DNA of 64,000 nt from Dictyostelium discoideum. Taxonomy: Eukaryota. Under the pieces are notes generated by a model. The model was not told the origin of the DNA and did not search any database. It saw only the letters and a program-made list of their open reading frames with translations. Below are positions 1 through 11,638 of this stretch, piece by piece (positions within the stretch are counted from its first letter, which is position 1; every line of letters starts with the position of its first letter). The stretch lies in contig CM000153.2 in the NCBI GenBank assembly GCA_000004695.1, positions 1,056,001 through 1,120,000 on the forward strand, given 5' to 3'. Both the position numbers and the translations under genes were made by a program.

Positions 1-325
1 TATTATTATTACTACTTGTAGTGGTACTATTTAAGGTTTTGGTTTGAATTTTTAATGGAAAACTATTAACATTACTATTAATATTTGACTGGTTTATACT
101 ATTTTCTTTATTTGATTCGATATCAAAATTGGAATTAAATTTATTGTTATTATTATTATTATTATTATTATTAATATTATTAATATTATTATTAGCAGGA
201 GTAAAGGTAATGGTGGCAGCAGTGGTGGTATTATTATTTATGGCAGTGGAGATACTGTTAGCAGCAGCGGTGTTTGAAGAATTTGGAAATTCAATCTCAA
301 ATGATTGATTTTCTGTTGGTCCCAT
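1..325 (-). CDS. 5' end of an Asn/Thr-rich protein-coding gene that runs off the left edge of the window (partial)
   Basis: ATG at complement of 323-325 opens MGPTENQSFEIEFPNSSNTAAANSISTAINNNTTTAATITFTPANNN... and stays open to position 1. A-rich start context; AT-rich promoter-like DNA lies beyond it. Confidence 0.4.
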   Translation of the reverse strand, partial: MGPTENQSFEIEFPNSSNTAAANSISTAINNNTTTAATITFTPANNNINNINNNNNNNNNNKFNSNFDIESNKENSINQSNINSNVNSFPLKIQTKTLNSTTTSSNNN

Positions 326-346
326 GTTTTATTTTTCTTTTTCTTT

Positions 347-389
<43 letters not shown>

Positions 390-861
390 ATAATTATTAT
401 TAGTTTACTAGTTTATTATTATTATGATATTTTTATTAGGAAATGTAAAAAATAAAAAATAAAAAATAAAATTTATTTTATTTTATTTTTTTTTTTTGAT
501 ATTTGTGGAAAAAAAAAAAAAACTAAAAGTAATTAATTAATTATTTATTTATTCAATAAATATTTGGTAATAAAAAAAAAAAATTAGTATATATTTTTTT
601 AAATTTTTTTATGTTAATTTTTATTAATTTATTAATTTATTTATATTTATTTATTATTATCTGGATAAAATTTAATAAAAATTTAATGGGATTGAGAAAT
701 ACGAAAATAACTCTTTGGTGGTTGTTGTTATTTTTATATGGAGTTTTATGTGTGTGTGATTTGACTTTACAAAATAATTAAAATAATTAAAATAGATATA
801 AATTTAATTTAAATTAAATATGAACACAACTAATATTTTTTTTTTTTTTTTATTATTTAAA

Positions 862-897
<36 letters not shown>

Positions 898-1425
898 CTT
901 TTTTTATATCGATAACAATAAATTGATAAAAAACACTTTCAAATAATTAAGTGCTATTTTTTTTTTATTATTGTTATTTTAATCAATTAAAGATACAAAC
1001 AAAGGGGTTATGAAGTTGTGTGCTAAAAAAAAAATGAAAAAAAAAAATAAAAAAATAAAAATTTTCACAAAACATCCACACAAAATTTAAATTCCAGGTT
1101 TTTCAAAAAAAAAAAAAAAAAACAACGGCTAAATTGAGATCTAAAAAAGTGGGTAAATTCTTTTTTGCTATTGTTTCCATTTTTTTTTTTTTTTAATTTT
1201 TTTTTTTATGCATTTGATGTGAATGTACTAGTAAAAAACATATTTTAGGAATGGGTGCAAAGACGATCCAAAAAAAAAAAAAAAAAAAAAAAAAAATGAA
1301 TTAAAAAAAAAAAATGAATTAAAAAAAAAAAAGATATGCAACCCAATGTTTAATAACATACTTTGTGTTGTTGCATAGGAAATTAAATTAAATTAAATAA
1401 ATTAAATTAAATAGAATAGTAGAAA

Positions 1426-1485
<60 letters not shown>

Positions 1486-1924
1486 CAGTTAAAAATGATG
1501 AAACTGATTATTTTATAATATTATTAAGTTACAGCTATTATTATTACTACTATCATTAATATTATTTTTTTTTTTTTTTTTATTTTTATTTTTTTTGAAA
1601 TTTGGTAAATACAATAATTATGCACACAATAAAATATTTTTTTTTTATTAAAATTGAAAGGAAAAAAAAAAAAAAAAACCAAAAAAGCACAATATTATTT
1701 TTTTAAAAATTAATGGAATGATTGGGATAATAAATCTGATTAAACACTACTTTATGTTTATATATATATATATATATATAAATATTTAATTTTTAATTTT
1801 TTTTTTTTATAAAAACTTGCAACACATACTTTTTTTTTAAAAAAAACAAAACATGATCTTCAAAAAGAGAAAAGAAAAAGAGAAAAAAAAAAAAAAAAAA
1901 AAAAAATTAAAAAACAAGCCGTAG

Positions 1925-1958
<34 letters not shown>

Positions 1959-2090
1959 AAAATAAAAAAAAAGTTTTTTTTTTTTTTTGAAGTTTAAGAA
2001 ATAAAAAAAATGGCCCGGGGTTTTTAAAAAAAAAAATCCCATAGTTTTAATGGGCGAAAAAACCCCCTTTATAAATTTTTTGGGGGGAAG

Positions 2091-2129
<39 letters not shown>

Positions 2130-2499
2130 TTTGTGGGGATGTGGTTATAAAAAAAAAAAAAAAATAATTAAGTGATAGACAATGAAAATGGGAAAAGAAA
2201 AAAAAAAAAAAAAAAAAAAAAGAGATCGCAGAGGAAATGGTGCTTACCTGATCTTAAAAAAAAAAAAAAAAAAAAATAAAATTAAAAATAAAATAAAATT
2301 AAAAATAAAATTAAATTAAAAAAATATATATCTTTTTTTAATTGAAAATGAAAAGTGATCGAAAAAAAAAAAAAAAAAAATCTGCAAAAATGACAAGTTT
2401 CATAAAAAAAAAAAAATTCCACAAAAACCAAACGACAAAAAAAAAAAAAATTTTTAAAAAAAGAGATATTATTGGCTCCCAATTTATTTTACCTAAAAA

Positions 2500-2599
2500 N
2501 NNNNNNNNNNNNNNNNNNNNNNNNNNNNNNNNNNNNNNNNNNNNNNNNNNNNNNNNNNNNNNNNNNNNNNNNNNNNNNNNNNNNNNNNNNNNNNNNNNN
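2500..2599. other. Assembly gap (100 N)
   Basis: Run of exactly 100 n characters. Flanking sequence shows G/C homopolymer blips typical of low-quality read ends. Confidence 0.95.
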
Positions 2600-2996
2600 G
2601 GGAATTTTTTTTTTTTTTTTTTTTATATTTCTTTTTCTTTTTTTTTTTTTTAGGTTTTTTTTTTTATATTATTTTTTTTGTTTCATGTGCAAAAATAATT
2701 ATTATAAACATGATCACCAAACTCTACTTACTATTTAATTATAATTGATTTTAGTGTTAACCAGGTGTAAAGAATTGAAGCATCAGATAAATAATTTATA
2801 ACAATAAAATTTTTTTTTTTAATTTAAAAAGAAAGGAGAAAAAAAAAAAAAAAAAAGTTATGATCATTTTTTTTTTATTCCAAATTTATTATTAATTTTT
2901 TTTTAATTTTATTTTTTTTTTTTATTTTTTTTTTCTTAGTTATTGTGTCATATGAGACTGCGCACCCCTATAAACTCAATAGTTTTTTTTTAATGG

Positions 2997-3030
<34 letters not shown>

Positions 3031-3472
3031 TTTAAAAAATAATATTTGCAATGATTTCAAAAATAGTTTAAGCGCATCTCTTTTTTTTTTTCACCATTTC
3101 GATTTTTATTTGTTTTTTTTTTTTTTTTTTTTTTTTTTTTTCTAAACATCATATTTTCTTAATTTATGTTCAATGAAACAATTTGTTTTTTTTTTTTTTT
3201 ATTATTAATTTAATTAAATTAATTATACCATTTTTTTTTTTTTTTTCTAAAGCACTAATACCAAATTTTAATCAATAGCCACCAATTTTAATGGATTCCA
3301 AAATTCAAATCTTTTTTTTTTTTTTTTATTTTTTTTTTCCAAAAAATTTTGATTTCAATTAATTATCGAAGAAAAATCCCAATTTTATTTGTTATTGGTT
3401 TAAAATATAAAAAAAAGTTCGGAACCAAGTTTATTAACGACTAAAAAAATAAATTCAAGTAATGGGTAGATA

Positions 3473-3522
<50 letters not shown>

Positions 3523-4449
3523 TTTAAACCTTTTCCAATTTTATTTTGGTTAAAAAAATTATCCCAAAATAAAAAGTTCCCTTTGGGAAAAAAAAAAAAT
3601 CCGGGAACCCCAAAACCAACCAAAAGGTTTTTTTTTTTTTAAAAAAAATCCCCAAATTAAAAATTTAAAAAAAAAAACGGGGCAAAAAAAAAAATTTTTT
3701 TTTTTTTCTTTTATTTAAAAGCCAATCATTCGGTTGTTAATTAAAAATAATAATTTAGTAGGGCAGAAACATAACCCAGAGGATATATTTTTTATTTTTT
3801 TTATTTTTTTTTATTTTTTTTATTTTTTTTTTTATACCAATTTTCAAGAATATCTTGGAACTGGAAAAAAAAAAAAAAAAATAAAATTCAAAAAAAAAAT
3901 TCAAAAAAAAAATTCAAAAAATAAAAACAATCATAGCACCACTTCACACAGCATCAAATAAATTAATTATACTTTTTACAATAAAAACCATGTAGAATGA
4001 CATTTTAGTATAAACCAATTAATGGTGTCAAATCACCCCCTTTCTAACGTAGCAATTGTCTGTTCATCTGCAAATTCAATAAAAAGCGAAAATAAAAAAA
4101 AAAAAAAAAAAAAAAAAAAAATAAAAATAAAAAAAAAAAAAAAAAAAAAAAAAATATCTAAATATCAAACGATTCCATTTTTAATTTATGATAAAATAGT
4201 TTTATAATTATTATTATTATTATTTTCATTTTTTTACTTTTTTTATTTTCATTTTATTTTATTTCATTTTTTTTTTTTTATTTTATTTTTACTTTTTTTG
4301 GTCTTTTTCTTATTTCCTAAATTATTATTTTTATTTTTTTATTTTTTTCTATTTTTTTTTATTTTTTTTTAATTTTTTTAATTTTTTTAATTTTTTTTTT
4401 TTTATTTTTTTTTATTTTTTTATTTTTGAAAAATTTTAATATGTAATAA

Positions 4450-6283
4450 ATGGACACATTTACAATTGAAGAAATAGTGAAATTTGATGGTGGTGGTGGT
4501 GGTATATCAACAATTAATAGTAATAATGACAATATTGGTATACCAAGTAATACCTTTGAAATGATAATATCAACTATTCAACACTTTTTAGATAGATCAT
4601 CATCAGTAGCATCAACGATTGCAGTATTTGTATTATCATTTATATTATTTTTTATGTTTGGTTGGTTTTATTTCTTAAAGATATTATTTAGAGATTATGA
4701 AGTTAAAAAAGTTTTTGTTCAATTATCATTCTCAATTACTTTTGCATTATCATTAACATTATTTGAACTTATTTTCTTTGAAATTATGGATTTTATGGAT
4801 AGAGAGTAAATTTTTTTTTAAAAATCACATAAAAAAAAATATATTTATATTAATTTTATTAATTTTTTTTTTTTTTTATTTTTTTTTTTTTTAAAAAAAA
4901 AAAAGATGGAGATATAGATTTTGGGAATTTGATTTAACATTAATGTCAATTAATTTAATTTTAGTATTACCATATTATCAATTTTATTTATTAGTTTTAG
5001 CATATGGATTTAGTAAGAGGAAAACATTATTTTTTAGTTTAGTACTATTGGTATTATATTTAATTTTATTTTGGAAGATTGGTGATCCATTCCCTATTCT
5101 AAAGGAATATACAGGTTTAGTTTCTTTAGAAATGGGTATTGGTAGAATTGGTATTGTAGGTTGTACTGTAATGTCATTACTATCGGGCTATGGTGCAGTT
5201 TATGTACCTTATAGTTATATCACTTATTTTTTAAAACCTGTAAAAGATGTTACAATTACAAAATTAGAAAAACAATTCAATCATGCTTTAGATAAAATTT
5301 TTAATAAAAAAAAAAGAGTTGTATTATTAAAACGAGAATTAACAAGAAGAAATGTAAATAATAATAATAATAATAATAATAATTATGATACATATAATTA
5401 TAATAACAATTATAATAATAATAGTAATAATAATAATAATAATAATAATAGTAATAATAATAATAATAATAATTTACCAATTATTGGGCCAATATTTTCA
5501 AAAATTTATAATTTATGGAATGTTGGATATCATCATCAATTAAGTAGACCAATTGATGATATTAAACAATTGGAACGAGAAATTAAACAATTAGAAGATT
5601 TAAATCGTGACTTATTCACTCAAATACACGAGTTAAAATTAGAGAGATTAAGAATCCAATTCTCAACAACGCTTCGTGGTAAATTTTATAATTGGTTAGG
5701 TTACTTCTTTTCAATTTATTGTATATATAAAGTAATAATGGTAAGTAGTATATTAACTAAATTGATTATATGTGTATATTAAAAATGTAAATATTTACTA
5801 ACTATTGGAGGGAAAAAAAAGAGTGCATTAAATATAGTTTTCGATAGAAGAGGTGGTATGGATCCAGTTACAAGAGGATTGGATATTGCTTTAAGATATT
5901 TTCATTTTCAAGTTGATGTAACATTTTGGTCTCAACATATATCATTCATTTTGGTTGGTTTAATGACAGCTTCAAGTATTCGTGGTTTTTTAAATCAAAT
6001 TTTAAAGGTATTTCATGAATATTCCAGTAGTTTATCTTCAAATAATATAGTTTTAATATTGGCTCAAGTAATGGGAATGTATTTCATTTCATCAGTTTTA
6101 ATGATGAGAACATCTATGCCTGAAATTTATACAAGATTTATAGTCACTCAGATATTGGGTGATATAGAATTCAGTTTCTATCATCGTTGGTTTGACTTTA
6201 TTTTTATACCAAGTGCAATTATCACAACATTAGCATTGATATTCATGTCTAAATCAAGTACTTTCCACTTAAATGATGAATAA
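4450..6283 (+). CDS. Golgi pH regulator / GPR89 (ABA_GPCR family) multi-pass membrane protein; 3 exons approx 4450-4805, 4915-5740, 5822-6283
   Basis: The three ORFs 4450-4809, 4943-5782 and 5858-6283 join through GTAAAT...TATAG and GTAAGT...AAAAG introns. The product includes ...YFLKILFRDYEVKKVFVQLSFSITFALSLTLFELIFFEIMDFMDRE/FCWEFDLTLMSINLILVLPYYQFYLLV...GYGAVYVPYSY...LERLRIQFSTTLRGKFYNWLGYFFSIYCIYKVIM/SALNIVFDRRGGMDPVTRGLDIALRYFHFQVDVTFWSQHISFILVG... This is collinear with human GPR89 (...NIVFDRVGKTDPVTRG...FWSQHISFILVG...FYHRWFD). An Asn-rich insert ([17 protein letters not shown]...) is typical of Dictyostelium. Confidence 0.8.
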
Positions 6284-6603
6284 TTGGAAATTACCTTTTT
6301 TTTTTATGTTCTTTTTCATTTTTTTTTTTTTTTAAATAAACACCAAGTAAATTATAATTTCCAAAAAAAAAAAAAAAAAATAAAAATCTAGACTTCCTTT
6401 TCTAAGAATATTTTTATTTTTTTTAAATTTAATTTTTCAATTTTTCAATTTTTTTTTTTTTTTTTTTTTTCAAAAGTTTTTTTTTTTTTTTTTTCAGTAT
6501 CCATAAAAAAAAAAAAAAATATAAAAGTATAGATATTATTTCTTACTTGTAATAATAATAATTTATTAATTAAATAATTAATAAAAGTAGTAATAGTTTT
6601 AAA

Positions 6604-6763
6604 ATGTCAGAGGATAAATCAGGATCATTTTACTCAATGTATAAATTATGTGGTCAACTTGAGAAAGAGTCATCACATTCTGGTAAAACACAATTGATAA
6701 AATCATTTTGTAATGTTTTTAAGTATGTTGATTAAAATTATATTTTTATTAATTTAATAATTG

Positions 6764-6802
<39 letters not shown>

Positions 6803-9800
6803 TAACTATTTATTATTATTATTTTTATAAAATAAAAAAAAAAAAAAAAGAGGGGATTTATATCTATTAGCAAAATTAATGTTATGTAAAGAAGATAAAA
6901 GAGTATTTAGAATAAAAGATAAGGCAATGTTAAAAATTTGTTCACATATTTGGGATTGTGATTTAGATGATATGATTGAAGATTTAGATAATGGTGATTT
7001 CACTGAAACTTGTAAAAAAGTAAAATACTTTCAATTCTTTTTTAAAATTTTTTTAAATTTATTTTTTAAATATATTAATATTAATATTTTTTTTTATTTT
7101 TTTTTTTAGTTTTATATAGAATATGGTAAATATCCAGAAAAAAGTACATTAACATTAAAAGAAGTTGACCAAGTATTGGATTCTTTAACAGTATCAGGTA
7201 AATTTGAAGATCAAGTAAAAATTATAAATAAATTATTGAAAAGATGTACACCATTCGATTTTAGATTAGTTTGTAGAATTATTGATAGTGATTTAAAAAT
7301 AAATACTGGTGCAAAATTCTTTTTAGATGCATTTCACCCCCAAGCATATGATGCATTTAAAAAAGCAAATAATTTAAAAGGTGTAATTGAAAAAATTCAA
7401 CAACATGATTTTGATAATGATAATGGTGATGGCGATGATGGTGATGGTGATGACAATGATGATGATGATGGTGATGGTGATAGTGATAGTGATAAAAAAA
7501 AGAAAAAATCAAGTGGTGGTAGTGGTAGTGATAGTGGTAGTAAGAAAAAAAGCAAATCATTTGAAGTTGCAATTAAATTAATGACACCAATTAAACCAAT
7601 GTTACCAAAAGCAGTTAAAACTGTTGAAGGTGTTGTAAAGAGTAGTGAATGCTTTTATGCAGAGATTAAATATGATGGTGAACGTATTCAAATTCATAAG
7701 GATGGTAATCAGTTTAGTTGTTATTCTCGTAATCTTAAACCATTAATGCCATGGAAAGTGGATGAAGTTAAACCATATATTCCAAAATCAACCAAAGCTC
7801 AACAGATGATATTAGATGGTGAAATACTTTTAATGGATACTAAAACCAGCCAACCTTTGCCATTTGGTACATTAAGTGCCCATAAAAAGAATGGGTTCAA
7901 AGATGCAACGGTTTGTGTGTTCCTATTCGATATTCTATATCTAAATGGTAAGTCATTGATTCATTTACCACTTAAAGAGAGAAGAGAAATCTTGGAAAAG
8001 AATGTAATGGTGGTTAAAAATCGTATTGAGTTCTCTGAGGTGACAATTGTTAATGGTGCCTCTGAGAAATCAAAATTGACGGCATTGTTGAACAGAGTAT
8101 TTAAAGAGAAACTTGAGGGTTTGGTAATCAAAGATGCAATGTCAGAATATGAGCCAGGTTGTAGACATTGGATAAAAATTAAAAAGGATTACATTCACGG
8201 TATGGCTGATAGTGCAGATTTAATTGCAGTTGGCGGTTACTATGGTTCTGGTTCGATGGGTGGTTTGGTAACGGTTTTTTTGATGGTATGTTATGATAAA
8301 CAAAATAAAATCTATAAAACAGTGGTCAAAGCAAGTGGTGGTTTGGATGATAATATGATTGCCAAACTTCAACCAAAAGTCACAAGTACAATGACAAAAA
8401 TTTCAAAAGAAGTTTCAAAGATTCCTTATTGGTTAGATTGTCCAAAGCAATATGCGCCAGATTTCATTGTAAAAGATATTAAACAAGCTATGATATTTGA
8501 AATTGAGTCAGCTGAATTCACTAAAAGTGATCATCATACCACTGGTTATTCAATGCGTTTCCCACGTATTCTCAAAATTAGACATGACAAAGATTATAAA
8601 ACTGCAACAACCCTTGAAGAATTGGTTGAAATTGGTAAAGATATTAAAATTGTTCCAGTTGGTAAAGGTGATAATAATTCACCAACAACTACTACTACAA
8701 CAACTACTACAACAACAACAACTACTTCATCAAAATTAATTAAAAAACAACAATTATCAGATGATGATGATGATAATGATAAAGACTCTAAACAGCAACA
8801 ACAAGAACCATCAAAATTAAAATTTGTTAGTGATGATTTATTAGATCCATTTAATGACAAGTCAGATGATGAATCAAATAAAATATTTATATTGAATTAT
8901 GTTGATAATTCAGGTATTTGGAATGAAAAGGGCTTATCAGGTGCAATTGGTAAGAAATGGCCATCAATCCCAAAATCATTTTCTCAAGGTGATTCAAACA
9001 TTATAAAGAGTGGTGAAATTCGTGTTGAAAAGGTAAAAGATGATTCAATATCAACAAATAAAAAAGTTTTTATTTGTAATCTTTCTTGTATTATCCCACC
9101 AAAATCTAAAAAAGAATCTTATACTTTCTCATTAAAAGAATTTAAATCTGCAATTAAAGAAGCAAAAGGTGCGATCAATCAAAAAAAAGCTTCAGTTCAT
9201 TTAGCAAAACCACAATTCACTTCACCATCTTGGTCTGAACTTGATGAAGTACTAACAAAAGAATTATATAATAGTGGTATTAAAGTATTTGTACATTCAA
9301 TTTCAAAATCATCACCAACTACAACATCACCAACTACAACTTCACCAACTACAACATCACCAAAAATAACATCACCATCATCATCATCATCACCTTCAAA
9401 TAAATTAAGCCCATTAAAAAGAGGAAGAGATGAAAAATTAGAACATGAAATCATTAAAGATATTGAACCATCTTTACCAATATTTGAGGATGTTAATGCT
9501 GTAATTGATAGTAAAACCATTGACCAAGTTGATGTAAAGAGATTAATAAATTCAATTAAAACTATGGGTGGTCGTGTATCAGATAAATGGCAACAAGTTG
9601 GTATTGGGAAAACAACCCATTTAATTTGCAATGGTATGAGCGATCTTTATTTACATGTCGATCGTTTAGGTGGTACAATTGTTTTACCAAATTGGGTTGA
9701 TCAATGTTTTGGTTCAGATAAATTATTACCATTACATGAGGATTATATTTATTTCAATAAAAAAGATCATCCAGATTATTCACAATCATCATCATCATCC

Positions 9801-10349
9801 TCAATGTCAATTGAAGAAGAGAAAATAGTAGTAACTACCACCTCTGATGATCCATCAGAGGGTAATCAACAACAACAGGATAAAAAGGTTATAAAAGAAT
9901 CAAAAATAATTCAATCAAAAGATCATTCTTCAACAACTACTATTGATACAAAAATAACAATTACTTCAACCAATAATAATAATAATGGTAACGATAACAA
10001 CAAAACTAGAAAGAAACAACATCTTTTATCAATTTTCCAAGAATGTATTATATTTTTACATGATAATGTAAATGATAGAGAAACTTTAAAAAGATATATC
10101 ATTGCTTATGGTGGTGATATTTCTGATTCAGTCAATGATAAAACTACTCATTTAGTTGCTTCTCTACCAAATAATTTTTCAAACGTAAAACCAAAAGATC
10201 TTTTTAAATCAATAATTAATAATAATAGTAAAAATAATAATAATAATAATAATAACAATAATAATGGTATAATTGTAAATTCTTTGTGGTTATGGGATTC
10301 AATAAATATGAGTGATCTTTTAGATGTAAAAAATTATAAACTTTTCTAA
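6604..10349 (+). CDS. lig3: ATP-dependent DNA ligase III-like; exons approx 6604-6722, 6851-7019, 7110-10349. DNA-binding domain, adenylation domain (KYDGER), OB fold, a macro-domain-like insert, then two C-terminal BRCT-like domains
   Basis: Exon 1 encodes MSEDKSGSFYSMYKLCGQLEKESSHSGKTQLIKSFCNVF, exon 2 GDLYLLAKLMLCKEDKRVFRIKDKAMLKICSHIWDCDLDDMIEDLDNGDFTETCKK, and exon 3 FYIEYGKYPEK... All are collinear with the human LIG3 DBD (GDVYLTVKLLLPG...NCNPDDMARDLEQGDVSETIRVFFEQ...). The active site ECFYAEIKYDGERIQIHKDGNQFSCYSRNLKP is present. Further conserved motifs are EGLVIKD, RHWIKIKKDY, SMRFPRILKIRHDKD. BRCT-like segments lie near LHVDRLGGTIVLPNWVDQCFGSDKL and at IIVNSLWLWDSINMSDLLDV. No PARP-type zinc finger is found upstream. 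Confidence 0.85.
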
Positions 10350-10742
10350 AAAAAATAAAATAAAATAAAATATAAAAATAGAATTTTAAAATATAAAAAT
10401 AGAATTTCAAAAAATAAAAATAAAAAGGATTTCTAAAAATGTAAAAAAAAAATTGGCGCCAACCATATGGTGCTTACTTTTTGAATTTTTTTTTTTTTTT
10501 TATATTTTTATTTTTTTTTTTTTTTGAATTTTTTTTTTTTGAATTTTTTTTTTTTTTTTAATTTTTTATATTTTTTTTTTTTTTTTAAAATTTTGACACA
10601 ATTTTTTAATTAACACCTAATGTTCAGTGAACAATTTAACATTAGATAGACAATAAAGTTATAACTTTTATAAAAAATAAAATAAAAAAATAAAAAAAAT
10701 ACACACACAATTAAATAAATTTATAACTTTTAAATAGATATT

Positions 10743-10773
<31 letters not shown>

Positions 10774-10870
10774 AAATATTTTTTTTTTTTTTTTTTTATA
10801 AATTATTTTTAATTTTCTATGCATTAAAAAAAAAAAAAAAAAAAAAAATTTAATTTTATAAATAAATAAA

Positions 10871-11056
10871 ATGGTAATGATGGAAGGAGTTACCCCACCC
10901 CCAACAGCAAAAGTAATACCATTTTCATTAAAAAAAAAGAAGCCTGCTGCCTTAGTACCAACTACGGCAACTGTGGCAACAACAACAACAACAACAACAA
11001 CAAATTCAACTACGAATCAAAATTCAAATGATAATACACCAGTTGTAATCGAAACA

Positions 11057-11096
<40 letters not shown>

Positions 11097-11238
11097 TTAA
11101 TAATACAACAGAAACTATAGCAACAACCACAGAAACAACAGAAACAACAGCAACAATAGAAAATGATTCACCGACAATTTCATCAGAGAAAATTAAAACA
11201 TCAACTATGGAACCAATAAATCCTGCATCAATAATTTC

Positions 11239-11323
<85 letters not shown>

Positions 11324-11607
11324 AATAATGATACAATAATGAAAAATATTGAAGACGAGGAAGAGGATTTATATACAGATATTACATTTGTTAGTGGACC
11401 TTCTACGAATGTCGAGGCTGAAGATGAACAAGAGGAAGTAGAAAAACAACCACAACAAACACAACCACAACAACAACAACAACAAAGATTGGATATAAAT
11501 AAAAAAACCGATACGAATATAAATGGTGTTATACAAATGGATACAGATTCGAAATCATTGTCGTCATCATCATCATCATCATCTAGATATCAAAAAACAC
11601 CAAAAAA

Positions 11608-11638
<31 letters not shown>

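Noticed and set aside
1860-4207. Track ORFs 1860-2042(-), 2282-2482(-), 2342-2653(+), 2472-2738(+), 2945-3145(+), 3441-3623(-), 3734-3961(+), 4022-4207(+)
   Set aside because: They translate to poly-F/K/N homopolymers, span or abut the N gap, and lie in a low-quality AT-run region. They are not coding.
7357-9631. ORFs 7357-7572(-), 7387-7581(+), 8497-8739(+), 8594-8860(-), 9197-9631(-) inside the ligase gene
   Set aside because: They are alternative-frame or antisense ORFs over GAT/GGT and ACA/ACT repeats within a well-supported ligase exon.
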